Origin: Octopus sinensis
Taxonomy: Eukaryota
NCBI RefSeq assembly: GCF_006345805.1
Contig: NC_042997.1
Location: 160,580,001-160,644,000, forward strand
Reading direction: 5' to 3'
DNA: 64,000 bases
The position numbers and the translations under genes were made by a program. The notes under the pieces are model-generated. The model was not told the DNA's origin. It ran no database searches and saw only the letters and a program-made list of their open reading frames with translations. Positions within the stretch are counted from its first letter, which is position 1; each line of letters opens with the position of its first letter. Below are positions 24,452 through 38,851 of this stretch, one piece after another.

Positions 24452-24540
<89 letters not shown>

Positions 24541-24575
24541 ATATATATATATATATATGTATGTATGTATGTATA

Positions 24576-25097
24576 TGCAAAGCATGGACGAAATCGGATG
24601 AAAACTGATCGGTTTTACGTGGGATTAAGCTGATGGTCGGTAACATAAACACACACATACCCACACACTCATAAACACACGCACATCTTTCATCTTATCA
24701 TATATATATATGTGTGTGTGCGTGCGTGCGTGCGTATGTATAAATATGCACTTATATATGAGCGTGTATACGCTCACACACACACACGAACAATGATAAG
24801 TTTATAGCTTTAGTAGAGAGAGGGGGATGCTACTATTTACATATTCTTTTCTTCTTTAAGCAGAAATGCTCACAAACGCATATAATTCCATCATATACAT
24901 GCATAGATTATATACACACAAACACACACACAAATACATACATATACATACGCACGCACGCACACACACATAGATATATATGATAAGACGAAAGATGTGT
25001 GTGTGTTTATGAGTGTGTGTGTGTTTATGTCACCGACCATCAGCTTAATCCCACGTAAAATCGATCAGTTTTCATCCGATTTCGTCCATGCTCTGCA
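24576..25097. mobile_element. MITE with ~85-bp terminal inverted repeats
   Basis: TGCAAAGCATGGACGAAATCGGATGAAAACTGATCGG...AAACACAC is mirrored at 25010-25097; TA-rich flanks. Confidence 0.85.
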
Positions 25098-25879
25098 GAT
25101 ATATCCCTTATGTTCCACAGAAGGTTCTACACTCTTTGGAATTGTCACTTAAGTAGTAATGGGGCATTTAGGTTCAGAAGGTCAAAAAAAACCTTCTATA
25201 GTGACTATTGTAGACACGGGAAGTAACTCTTTGCGAAGTAACGGTCGGAAAGTGATTGTCTCCCTTACACCAGAAGGCGCGTGTGTGTTGCCTCATTCAA
25301 AAGAATAACACGTATGCATGTGTATTTATGTATGTACGTGTATATGGCTGATAATGGCTGGACGTATGTATTTGTGTGTGTGTGTGACTGATCCTACCCA
25401 TTTAAAAGATACATGACAACACGTCTCTCTCTCTCCCAGTCAATCACTCAGACACTCACTAAAAAAGATGCGAAGAATACTAAATAAATAAAAAATTACG
25501 CTATTTCACCCTCCCTCTCTGTCTCACACACAGTGGCACTTTCTTTCTCTCTCTTTCTCTCTCTCTTTCCCTCTCCCTCTCTCTCACACATGCAACACAC
25601 ACTTTCTGTCTGGCACCCCCCATCAACACCTGCACATGTCCCTATCAATTTTCTCTCTCTGTCACTTCACCCTGACATCAAACATACATTTCCACCCACA
25701 AAAGTAAATAAATAAATAAAAAATTACGGATTTTACCGAACGCTTTACCTTAAAGGTCGGATCAGATGGTTAGCTTGACATTTTTGCGAGTCATATAGAA
25801 ATATCGCCCAACTTCGTCCTCAGAAACATCTACACACATACAAACACTGGCGGACATCTTCTTAGACGCAACAAGTCAT

Positions 25880-26899
25880 ACTGGAAAAACATTCTTCCTG
25901 AATCTTCTGCGAGTTGCGGCATAATGGTGACCTTATTATTGCTGTTGCCTCCTCATGAATATCCTCGACTCTTCTTGACGGCAGACGAACAGTACACTCT
26001 GCTTTCAAATTGCCTTTCAATATAGCACATCAAGAAAACCCAAAGTGCCGCATAACGCATTCCTCGGACTCTAAATCAAATCGCCAGTGCTATTAGCGTA
26101 TTCCATGAAACAGTTGAGAATATTCGGCACAATGAACTTGCGATGACGAAGATTTCTACTCCATCAACTTGGTACGACGGAATTCTCTACCTGATCAAGG
26201 CGCCGCTGTGGGATCACATCACGGGAAAATCTGACTGTCTTTGATGCAGATCCATCAAGTTTCCTTGAATGTTTCGTAACCTAGGATGAGTGGTGGGTCC
26301 ATCACTTTGAAACAGACATAAAAAGACAAGACATGCAGTGGAAACGCCCTTCCTTATCTGCTCCAAAGAAGGCCAAATCCGTTTCATCTGCAAGAAGGTT
26401 GTGATTTTAGCTGTTTGGTGTTCAATAGGCATTTTGCTTATTAACCATCTTCACAGGGACCACATTTTAAATGGAGAATATTATGCCAAGTTGCTGAGGC
26501 AGTTACAAAAGGCTATCAACTCCAAACGCCCAGGAAAACTGATAAAGGAGGTCTTGTTTCACCTGTCCTTATAATCAATGACTGCTGTACGTAACTGGCT
26601 TTGAATTGGTTGATCACTGGCCCTGATTTCCTGATTTGTTCTCATTTGACTATCATCTCAAAATGATACAAACATTTGGTTGGGATCCAGTTTCGCAGTG
26701 ATGACATTATATCTGCTGTTGATAACATTTTTTGACCAACAGGACCAAAGCTTCTTCACTAATGGGATTCTAGGACTTCAACCTTAACGAAAGACATGTG
26801 TGAACCACAACGGGAGCTATGTTAAAAAATAAAATTCATTTGGTCACATTCCATGAGAGTATCTTGTCTAGACTGTGAACTTTTAGGCCAACCCTCATA
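25880..26899 (+). mobile_element. Mariner transposase fossil with 3' TIR
   Basis: WVHHFETDIKRQDMQWK, SAPKKAK and GEYYAKLLRQLQKAINSKRPGKLIKEVLFH; ends AACCCTCATA (degenerate CCCTCGTA). The 5' boundary is approximate. Confidence 0.85.
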
Positions 26900-27971
26900 C
26901 CTCAAGACTTACAAATTATATTTTGCTGTTCTATTCAATCTACAGATGAAATATCTTCGCTATAATTGAGAATTATTGTAAGCTAAAGTTTCATTAAATT
27001 TCCCCAAGTATTTCTCCACAATCTTCGGAGATATTCTGTAACAACATATAACAAGGCACCAATACTCAGCTGTATTTATCAAATATTTCATTTCACATAT
27101 CATGATACACAGAAAGCGGGAACGAGAGTGTGGGAGAAGAGTAGTGAGAGAGGGAGTCATTTAGTAATCGGTGCGTGCTTGCAGTTAAATTAAGTTATGC
27201 CTCTTAAAGTTAAAAAAAAAAAAAAAAATAGAATCAATTCCCTTCGTAAGCGTAATAGAAACAACGTTTACTAGTCTTTCACCCACTCCCTTATATGTTA
27301 ATAAATTTATATATAATTGTTGAGAACCAGATCAGAAAATAGGCCACATACTGGGGTACATAATAACGATGTAAATGCCGCGTTAGCATTTACGTATTTT
27401 GGAGCTTTTCCTGCATTGCACATATTGTCAATAGTTTGCTTGCTATTGTCTGTATCCTGTCTTGCAAATTCTATTTTACTAAATTGAACATATTGCTTAT
27501 TACCAAAAAAGATTTTGTTGGTAGAATTCGTGTTTCTTTTCTTCTGCGTTTTCGAGAACAGCTCGTACGGCTTAGCATGGTTATGTGAATCGCAGGCATG
27601 GTTGTGTGCATAAGGAGTTTTCTTGATAACTTTCTTGCTTCGAGTTCCATTTGCTGTGCAAAAATTTGGACTTCTTTACTGTTGTTTCATACCAACCAAC
27701 CACGTGTGAGGGAAATTGTTAAACAGGAACTTTATGAATTCTCATGGTATGTATGTATGTATGTATGTATGTATGTACGTATGTATGTATGTATGTATGT
27801 ATGGATGGATGGATGGATGGATGGATGGATGGATGTGTGGATGTATGTATGTATTTCATTAACCACATAGATGTGCAGAGGGCAGCGAATTTTCATAATA
27901 CAATTTTCTAAAAATTCCTCCAAAATAAGTTATACATACATACATACGTACATACACACACACACACACAC

Positions 27972-28002
<31 letters not shown>

Positions 28003-28005
28003 CAC

Positions 28006-28063
<58 letters not shown>

Positions 28064-28067
28064 GTGT

Positions 28068-28106
<39 letters not shown>

Positions 28107-28489
28107 CGAGAAGTCAAAAAATTATCTGCACTTTCGTCATAACATATCTATTCAACAACTTAAATATATGTGCCGATCTTTTAGGATAGGGTTACCTACA
28201 GTTGATTTATCCCCCTGAAAGATCGGGGCTTGAGGAGACAACGGGACAGTGCGACAGTACAATATATAAGTTTAAATATAGGAATAATTGCGAGTGTTTA
28301 ACAAATGTTCGGATCGGCTGGTCCTTTCATGCATGTATTATGTCTGTCCATATACTACGCTTTTCTTGTGGACGGCCACACCACAACACATGCAGAAAGC
28401 CGAAGCATATTACTCTACCGACCTCAAGGTTTCCTCAATGTACACAACTGCCAGTCAGTAACAACAGACAACAACAAATGCTCCAATTA

Positions 28490-29165
28490 CATCAGATACA
28501 GAGAAGACAACAAACCAAAAAGTAATAAGTGCAGAATTTGTGGAAAAAATGGTGAAACCCTATGGCATATTATCAGTCAATGTACGCCATTGGCCAAGAA
28601 GGTATATGAGGCGTCATGACAATATTGCAAGGTTTGTCCATTGGACACTTTGCAACAAGTATGGACTGACAGAGCGAAATAGTGGTACGACCATAAACCC
28701 GAAGACATCATCGAAAATGATAATGCAGAGATCCGATGGGATTTTATGATTCAATGTGACCATGAGATAAAGAATAGGAAGCCAGATATAATCCTAATTA
28801 AGAAAGAAAGCAAATGATGCAGGATTATAGATATATCATGCCCAGCTGACAACAAAATATGTGATAAGAAAGAAAGAAAGTCGATAGATATAACAGGTTA
28901 GCTTGGGAGGTTAAGCAGCTGTAGTCAATGAAAAAGGTAGTAGTACCAATAATTGTCGGAGACCTGGGAAAAAACTTTTGAGAAATAGATGGAACAAATA
29001 GGGGCTACAATAGAGGTAGGACACTTGCAGAAAACAGCACTGCTGAGAACCGCTCAAATACTCCGGATGGTGCTCGAAAAATAAGGAGTGTTACCTTAGT
29101 TCACTGGTAGAGAACAGCTGACACAGTAGAAGCTATGCAAATGCAATAATACAGCGTTAGAAGCT
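28490..29165 (+). mobile_element. Dong/R4-like LINE 3' fragment (same old family as 19830-21530)
   Basis: CRICGKNGETLWHIISQC, RHDNIARFVHWTLC and a similar 3' UTR, followed by (TAA)n. Confidence 0.85.
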
Positions 29166-29191
29166 TTCCAATGACAAATAATATAATAATA

Positions 29192-29287
<96 letters not shown>

Positions 29288-29319
29288 CATAATATAGTAA
29301 TAATAGTAATAATAATAGT

Positions 29320-29351
<32 letters not shown>

Positions 29352-29395
29352 GTAATAATTAATAATATAATAATAATAATAGTAATAATAATAGT

Positions 29396-29442
<47 letters not shown>

Positions 29443-29458
29443 GTAATAATAATAGTAT

Positions 29459-29495
<37 letters not shown>

Positions 29496-29561
29496 GTAGT
29501 AGTAGTAGTAGTAATAATAATAATAAATAATAATAATATAATAATAAATAATAATAATATA
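29165..29561. repeat. (TAA)n/(TAG)n microsatellite
   Basis: Directly visible. Confidence 0.97.
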
Positions 29562-32500
29562 ACACCGGGGACGTTTAAGATGTAAGAAGGAAAATACAGA
29601 GCTCCGAAATCTATCCACAAACATCGAAAACAATGACATCCTATGGAGCCAAAGATTTACTACAACAAAGAATTGGACTGTATCCGAGTAAGTAATACTA
29701 ATTGAAATTTATTTATATTTTCGAAACGAAATGATGTATTTTGACTCGATATTATCTCCACCTCTAACGCAACACATATAAACATGCGTGGAACATCACG
29801 ATCATCCCCACCTCAAACACCATGTACAAAGGAACTACGAAGAAATTAAATGCCACCGATACTATTCAACCCAAGAATAACAATCGAGCGGTACGTACAT
29901 TAAACCTACAACAAAAAATGTACGAAAAACTACACGTGCGAAATAATGTGACAACAGAAATAAACGGACCGGTACCCTACGAAAATGACGACCGTCAAAA
30001 TAATGGGCCGGACGTTGTACCTCATGTCCCGCAAATAAAACCCAAAAGACGTAAATGGACACGTGAGGAATACATTTCTATCTTACACGCATACTTCACA
30101 GCAGTACTCTACCCCAAAAATGAAAATACAACAACACATACATATAAAATATGGAAGGAAAATAATAGAGATATAGACTTGGATACAGCAATGAACCCTA
30201 ATAAATTAGCTAACGTACGAAGATACATGCTCAAAGCCAAAAAATATCAGAAATAGAAATAGAACATTTAAAAGAAAAAATACACCAGGAAAATGTAGAT
30301 AGAAGCCACACAACAATGCCCAATAATATAAACACTGAAACTGTAAAACACGAAGACAAACGCAACATTCCCAACAAACACGATGTAAACAACGAAGGGG
30401 AGCCTAATGATTATGATAATATAAAAAATAAAATAATCAAAGAACTGAAAACCACAGAGCCCAAAATGGACCACCGACCATACCTCCCAAGAATAAAAAT
30501 AAACGAAATAACAACACCAATTATAAACAGCATAAACCTAGCCGTCACTGAACTAGCCACTGAAACAAAAAAAAGTGATATCACTGAACTAAATGACTTG
30601 ATATACGCAGCAGCCACTGCAGCCACAAAATAAGCTGGATACTCACCCAAACCCGCCCAAACAGGAGTACCACCACCCAAACAAACCCTGTGGATAAATA
30701 TTCCCCCAAAAAATTAAAAAAATTAGAAAAGACCTGTCGATTCTTAATGAAATCAGCAAACAATCAACGCTACTGAGCAACAAAAAGAGAACAAAAATGC
30801 TCCGCAAATATAACATCACAGAAAAAGATTTGCCGGAGATAAAAGAAAAGCTGAAGCAAGATATCCTTGCCAAAGCTCAAAGGATCCGCCGGTACTAGAA
30901 ACGCCAACACTTCTTTGAACAAAATAAAAAGTTCAACTCCAACCCCAAAAAGTTCTACCAAGAAATGGGCAAAAATAAAATAGAAGTCACTGCAGCACCA
31001 ACGGCAGAAGAATTGGAAAAATTCTGGAGAGAAATATGGTCGGCGAACGAACAACCAAAAGAAAGGATTATCAAAATAACAAACTCGGCATCTGAACAAC
31101 TTTGGACCCCATAACAACTGAAGAGGTCACCCAGGCACTGCAAAGACTAAGCAACTGGAAGGCACCTGGGCATGACAAGATCCCCAACTTCTGGTTGAAA
31201 TATCTAACAGGAATGCACAAAAAGCTGACTGAAAACTTTAACAGCATACTAGCAGAGCCAGAGACAATGCCTGAATGGTTCACGAAGGGGAAAACAATCT
31301 TAATTCCTAAATCAAATGAAACAGCAAAACCAGAAAACTAAAGACCAATAACCTGCCTCCCTACTATGTTCAAGGCATTTACTGCAGTGATATCACAAAG
31401 GCTGAACAAGCACCTGGACGAAAACAAACTGTTCCCAGAAGAGCAGAAAGGATGCCGCAAAGGCTCATATGGCTGTAAAGATCAACTAATGATTAATAAA
31501 GCCGTAACTGAAGACAGCCACAGAAAGAAGAAAGGCCTCAGTATGGCCTGGATTGACTACAAAAGGCGTTTGATAGCATCCCCCACACATGGATCCTCGA
31601 AACACTAGCCATTAACAAAGTAGCACCAACAATCATAAAATTCATAGAGCACTCTATGAATAAATGGCAAACAGTCCTACACCTCCAAACAAAAGAGGGA
31701 CTCATGAAAACCAAAGACATCCCCATTAGAAGAGGAATATTCCAGGGAGACATGCTCTCTCCACTCCTTTTCTGCTTGGCACTGTCACCTCTATCTGATA
31801 TGCTAAATAGAACGGGATGCCGATATAAATGTTACGGCAAAACGATCAGCCACCTTTTATATATGGATGACCTAAAACTATACGCTGCAAATGACAAACA
31901 GCTGGAAACACTATTAAAGACAGTTCATGGATTTACCAAAGAAATAGATATGAAATTTGGATTAGAAAAATGCGCCAAAGTAACCATGAAAAGAGGAAAA
32001 CTAGTTAAGAGCAACAACATCACACTAGATAAAACCAATGAAATAAAAGAATTAGACCAAAGCCAAACTTACAAATACTTAGGATCCATGAACTAGATAA
32101 GACACAACACACACAAATGAAAGAGAAAATAAAAAAAAGAATATTATAGACGAGTTAGATCAATACTAAAAACAGAGCTCAATGCTAAAAACAAGATAAT
32201 AGGTATCAACACTTTAGCTGTCCCAGTTATAAGTTACAGCTACAATATCCTTAACTGGACACGAAATGAACTGTCCAAAATAGATAGGAAAACAAGAAAA
32301 ATACTGACAGGATCTAGGATGCATCACCCAAAATCTGACATAGAAAGACTATATATACAACGTATAGAAGGTGGTAGAGGCCTTATACAGCTGGAAAACT
32401 ACTATAAAATAACCACCATAGGACTGCAAAAATACCTACTTCAGAAGGAAGAAAACTGATCCAGATAGCGGCAAAACACGAGCAAAACAAAAAACTGTTC

Positions 32501-33502
32501 TCAGTATTTAAGGAAGCTGACAAATACAAACAAGAAATCATACACCTAATAAACAAGAAGAAGAAGAAGATGAAGAAACAACAAAAGCTATAAAACAAAT
32601 CCAAACTAAAAATAGAACAGCAACGAACCATGATAAAACGATGGCAAGAAAAGCCCCTTCATGGTAAATACTGCACTAAACTAAACGCAAAAGAAATAGA
32701 CAAAGAAAAATCCCAGCAATGGTTGAGAAGCTCAGGACTCAAAGCAGAAACAGAGGGATTTTTAATTGCAGCAGAAGACCAAAGTCTCCCCACCAGAAAT
32801 TACCAAAAACATGTAATGAAAAGAAATATTACAAGTAACTGCAGAATATGTGGAGATGGACAAGAAACAATAAATCATATTATCTCTAGCTGCCCAGACC
32901 TGGCTAAGAAGGAATATATTCACAGACATGACAGAGTTGGAACCTACATACATTGGAAGCTATGCCAACATTATGGAATAACAACAGAAAAAAGATGGTA
33001 TTGGCACACACAGAAAAGGTCACAGAAAACGAGAAAGCAACCATACTCTGGGATATGCCGATACACACAGATAGAGAAATTAAGGCCAACAGACCAGCTA
33101 TAGTTATCAGAGACCATGAAGAAAAAAAACTTTCTAATTGATGTATCAATACCGGCTGATGAACAGTGTCTCTAAAAGAAATGGAGAAACTCTCAAAATA
33201 CAAAGACCTGGAAATAGAGGTAACTAGAATGTGGAATCTGAAAACAGAAACAATCCTTATCATAGTAGGTGCATTAGGCATGATAAAAAAATATTCAGAC
33301 AAATACATAACAAAAACACCAGGACTTGCAAACACATATAACATACAGAAAATTGCACTACTAGGCACTGCACACATCCTACGCAGAACACTTTCCATAC
33401 AATAACCATCAGAGCATCACAACAAATCACAGCACATACCCAAGGCACATAGAGCTGCGCTCGGTAGTGAAGTGAAAGCATGCTATAAAAATAAAACTAC
33501 TG
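29562..33502 (+). mobile_element. Near full-length Dong/R4-like RLE LINE (family A), ORF disrupted
   Basis: N-terminal KRRKWTREEYISILHAY, NWKAPGHDKI, RGIFQGDMLSPLLF, HLLYMDDLKLY, CCHC-like CRICG..ETINHIISSC, RHD, ANRP.I, KYKDL. TAA tracts on both sides. Confidence 0.93.
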
Positions 33503-33789
33503 AATAATAATAATAATAATAATAACTGACTGGACCCGTGAAAACTTCACGGAAAATATAAAAAATGTAAGTACCTGTAAATTGTGTGCAGTTGCCTTGA
33601 GAAATGTTTCTATTTTGAGACACTTAGAGAATATAGAAAGAAGTGTAAAATCGATACCGATATAATCCAACCAAAATATCTCAGTTACGCAAACGTAAAC
33701 ATTATTGCTATTTAGTCTTAAAATACATTATACATATTCAAAGAACCCCCTGGTTTCGTGGTGCGGAACGTCCTTCTCGTATCGTATTC

Positions 33790-33869
33790 TTTTGTTCTTT
33801 TACTTGTGTCAATCATTAGACTGCAGCCATGCTGGAGCACTGCCCTGAAGTCGAAGAAATCAAACCCTA

Positions 33870-33870
<1 letters not shown>
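33790..33870 (-). mobile_element. Truncated SINE 3' end
   Basis: TTTTACTTGTGTCAATCATTAGACTGCAGCCATGCTGGAGCAC, same family as 8190-8340, cut by (TAA)n. Confidence 0.6.
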
Positions 33871-34515
<645 letters not shown>

Positions 34516-34520
34516 AAAAC

Positions 34521-35076
34521 ATGCCCTGATGCAGTACCAGGCAGTGGCTCTCATGGCTTCTGATCTTAACTGATTGGAGGTGTTATCATGTACATTGTTT
34601 TGTCATGGTATAAAAGATGGGCTACAGCAAATATTCTGTTCAATACCACAGATTTGCTTGTCAGTTGTTTGACCTTAACCAGTTGAGCATGTCCCTTAGT
34701 GGCCGACGATATGCGCATCTCTGATCACGAGCAGAAGTAGTGGGGGAGCATCATAGCCATGTGTTGAGAGGGATTCTTTGGGGTTTGAATAATTCACCTC
34801 TGGAAACATGAGTGGTTCTTTCAACATCCTTAAACAACCCTTATTCAGGGACCTTTTGAGCGGGATGGGCTACTCAATCTGAAGAAAATTCTAACTGGGC
34901 CCCACCTGCAAGGTCATGTGCTGTTTATCTTGATATGAGATCACCATGTCGCGCACATATGGTTGTGATGCATGTGCCTGGTGTACCCCTATCAGACGGG
35001 TAGTCATGATGGGTATATTGGGCTTCGTATATTTTACCCCAGTGTCACTTTGATGGCATGCACTGCTCTCTCACTC
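34521..35076 (+). mobile_element. 556-bp non-coding TAA-flanked interspersed element
   Basis: ATGCCCTGATGCAGTACC...CTCTCTCACTC then (AAT)n; further copies at 43617-44152, 44168-44408, 47141-47678 and 47889-48030. Confidence 0.85.
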
Positions 35077-35090
35077 AATAATAATAATAA

Positions 35091-35484
35091 ACAGAAAATA
35101 GAAATCAGCAAAATGTGGAACCTGAGGACTAAAACAATACCTGTTGTCATAGGTGCCTTGGGAATGTTAGCAAAAGGGGCTGTTTGCTACTTAACTCAGA
35201 TACCAGGAAACCCCGAAATGGCAGAAATTCAAAAGATAGTTCTCGTGGAAATGCTCATATCCTACGCAAAATACTTTTTATATCATCTCAAGTTTTAAAA
35301 CAAACGTAATTTTGGTATGTTTTTTTCCTATTTTTTTAGACATTCGCTAGTACAACACTAAATACAAAACCAAATATATGGCACACTTGGCATAACAACA
35401 ACATGAACTTCCAACCTGTTGTCTCTTGAGGTCTCTGGGTGAGACTTGGAGCCAACTTGTACAAATATAAAGCAAAAGTCAAAC

Positions 35485-35487
<3 letters not shown>
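35091..35487 (+). mobile_element. Dong/R4-like LINE 3' end (different family)
   Basis: IEISKMWNLRTKTIPVVIGALG and EIQKIVL, followed by a 3' UTR and (TAA)n. Confidence 0.8.
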
Positions 35488-35579
<92 letters not shown>

Positions 35580-35595
35580 TAATAATAATAATAAT

Positions 35596-37804
35596 GAAGA
35601 AAACAAAAAGTTTAACTCCAACCCCAAAAAGTTCTACCAAGAAATGGGCAAAAATAAAATAGAAGTCACTGCAGCACCAACGGCAGAAGAATTGGAAAAA
35701 TTCTGGAGAGAAATATGGTCGGCGAACGAACAACCAAAAGAAAGGATTATCAAAATAACAAACTCGGCATCTGAACAACTTTGGACCCCATAACAACTGA
35801 AGAGGTCACCCAGGCACTGCAAAGACTAAGCAACTGGAAGGCACCTGGGCATGACAAGATCCCCAACTTCTGGTTGAAATATCTAACAGGAATGCACAAA
35901 AAGCTGACTGAAAACTTTAACAGCATACTAGCAGAGCCAGAGACAATGCCTGAATGGTTCACGAAGGGGAAAACAATCTTAATTCCTAAATCAAATGAAA
36001 CAGCAAAACCAGAAAACTAAAGACCAATAACCTGCCTCCCTACTATGTTCAAGGCATTTACTGCAGTGATATCACAAAGGCTGAACAAGCACCTGGACGA
36101 AAACAAACTGTTCCCAGAAGAGCAGAAAGGATGCCGCAAAGGCTCATATGGCTGTAAAGATCAACTAATGATTAATAAAGCCGTAACTGAAGACAGCCAC
36201 AGAAAGAAGAAAGGCCTCAGTATGGCCTGGATTGACTACAAAAAGCGTTTGATAGAATCCTCCACACATGGATCCTCGAAACACTAGCCATTAACAAAGT
36301 AGCACCAACAATCATAAAATTCATAGAGCACTCTATGAATAAATGGCAAACAGTCCTACACCTCCAAACAAAAGAGGGACTCATGAAAACCAAAGACATC
36401 CCCATTAGAAGAGGAATATTCCAGGGAGACATGCTCTCTCCACTCCTTTTCTGCTTGGCACTGTCACCTCTATCTGATATGCTAAATAGAACTGGATGCC
36501 GATATAAATGTTACGGCAAAACGATCAGCCACCTTTTATATATGGATGACCTAAAACTATACGCTGCAAATGACAAACAGCTGGAAACACTATTAAAGAC
36601 AGTTCATGGATTTACCAAAGAAATAGATATGAAATTTGGATTAGAAAAATGCGCCAAAGTAACCATGAAAAGAGGAAAACTAGTTAAGAGCAACAACATC
36701 ACACTAGATAAAACCAATGAAATAAAAGAATTAGACCAAAGCCAAACTTACAAATACTTAGGAATCCATGAACTAGATAAGACACAACACACACAAATGA
36801 AAGAGAAAATAAAAAAAGAATATTATAGACGAGATAGATCAATACTAAACACAGAGCTCAATGCTAAAAACAAGATAATAGGTATCAACACTTTAGCTGT
36901 CCCAGTTATAAGTTACAGCTACAATATCCTTATCTGGACACGAAATGAACTGACCAAAATAGATAGGAAAACAAGAAAAATAATGACAGGATCTAGGATG
37001 CATCACCCAAAATCTGACATAGAAAGACTATATATACAACGTATAGAAGGTGGTAGAGGCCTTATACAGCTGGAAAACTACTATAAAATAACCACCATAG
37101 GACTGCAAAAATATCTACTTCAGAAGGAAGGAAAACTGATCCAGATAGCGGCAAAACACGAGCAAAACAAAAAACTGTTCTCAGTATTTAAGGAAGCTGA
37201 CAAATACAAACAAGAAATCATACCACCTAATAAACAAGAAGAAGAAGAAGATGAAGAAACAACAAAAGCTATAAACCAAATCCAAACTAAAAATAGAACA
37301 GCAACGAACCATGTTAAAACGATGGCAAGAAAAGCCCCTTCATGGTAAATACTGCACTAAACTAAACGCAAAAGAAATAGACAAAGAAAAATCCCAGCAA
37401 TGGTTGAGAAGCTCAGGACTCAAAGCAGAAACAGAGGATTTTTATTGCAGCACAAGACCAAAGCCTCCCCACCAGAAATTACCAAAAACATGTAATGAAA
37501 AGAAATATTACAAGTAACTGCAGAATATGTGGAGATGGACAAGAAACAATAAATCATATTATCTCTAGCTGCCCAGTCCTGGCTAAGAAGGAATATATTC
37601 ACAGACATGACAGAGTTGGAACCTACATACATTGGAAGCTATGCCAACATTATGGAATAACAACAGTAAAAAGATGGTATAGGCACACACCAGAAAAGGT
37701 CACAGAAAACGAGAAAGCAACCATACTCTGGGATATGCCGATACACACAGATAGAGAAATTAAGGCCAACAGACCAGATATAGTTGTCAGAGATCATGAA
37801 GAAA
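35596..37804 (+). mobile_element. Dong/R4-like LINE family A, second copy, runs into the gap
   Basis: Near-identical to 30917-33125 at offset 4679; ORF 36335-37348 carries the RT core. Confidence 0.93.
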
Positions 37805-37904
37805 NNNNNNNNNNNNNNNNNNNNNNNNNNNNNNNNNNNNNNNNNNNNNNNNNNNNNNNNNNNNNNNNNNNNNNNNNNNNNNNNNNNNNNNNNNNNNNNN
37901 NNNN
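37805..37904. other. Assembly gap (100 N)
   Basis: Directly visible. Confidence 1.
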
Positions 37905-38204
37905 TGTATATATTATGTTCAGTCTGCAGATTCAAAACCCTTGCCGTTATGGTAGTTCGTACGTCACATTCCAACCGTATTTTTCTTTCTCTCTCTCTCT
38001 TTCACTTTTATCTCTGTCTTTCTTGTATCCTGCTCATAAACTCTTCTTCATTAATACCTTATCTCAGTAACTCCCTTTTTGTACCTCTTCACACGTTTTT
38101 ACCAACTTTACTTCTAGTCCTACGAAAGGAACGCCTCAGTTTGAGATCGAGGAACTAACATCATAGCGACTAAACGAAAGATTTGATCGCATTACGTACA
38201 TGTA

Positions 38205-38281
<77 letters not shown>

Positions 38282-38294
38282 ATCTATCTATCTA

Positions 38295-38327
<33 letters not shown>

Positions 38328-38360
38328 GTATGTATGTATGTATGTATGTATGTATAAAAG

Positions 38361-38617
38361 GTAAAGACCCCCTTCGGTCATGAATGACCATGGGATTGCA
38401 CCTAGAAAGTTACCCTCCTAGACACAAGTCTGGGCAAGGTTGTTTTTTCTTTTTTTTTATGGAAGACCAGCAGTCGCCCATGCATACCAGCCTCCCCTCT
38501 CCACGCCACCAGTGTTATCCAAGGGAAAGACAAAGGTCGATACAGCTTGGCACCAGTGACGTCGCAACTCATTTCTACAGCTGAGTGAACTGGAGCAACG
38601 TGAAATAAAGTGCCTTG
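38361..38617 (-). mobile_element. SINE, 5'-truncated
   Basis: Minus strand CAAGGCACTTTATTTCACGTTGCTCCAGTTCACTCAGCTG... ending CAATCCCATGGTCATTCATGACCGAAGGGGGTCTTTAC; recognised from memory as a SINE core and tail. Confidence 0.65.
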
Positions 38618-38734
38618 AACTCTAATTCTACGCAAATCTTGCGGGTGCCGCTGATATAGAAAGTTCTCAGTCTTACCGTTAAAGGCACTCCTTCTCTTCT
38701 ATCTGCTGCCTACAATTATGTATATATATATATG

Positions 38735-38772
<38 letters not shown>

Positions 38773-38851
38773 ATAATACAGTGATTGTTTCTTATCAGGA
38801 ACAAAATGTTTAATAGGACTGCTATAGAAGTGCTCAATTGAATGAGACAAA

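Noticed and set aside
28300-28450. Possible minus-strand RTE remnant (GRP..W.D motif)
   Set aside because: Too degenerate to call from the sequence alone.
34521-34620. Possible HDV-like ribozyme or snRNA origin at the 5' end of the 556-bp element
   Set aside because: I could not build the P1/P1.1/P3 pseudoknot or match a spliceosomal RNA by eye.
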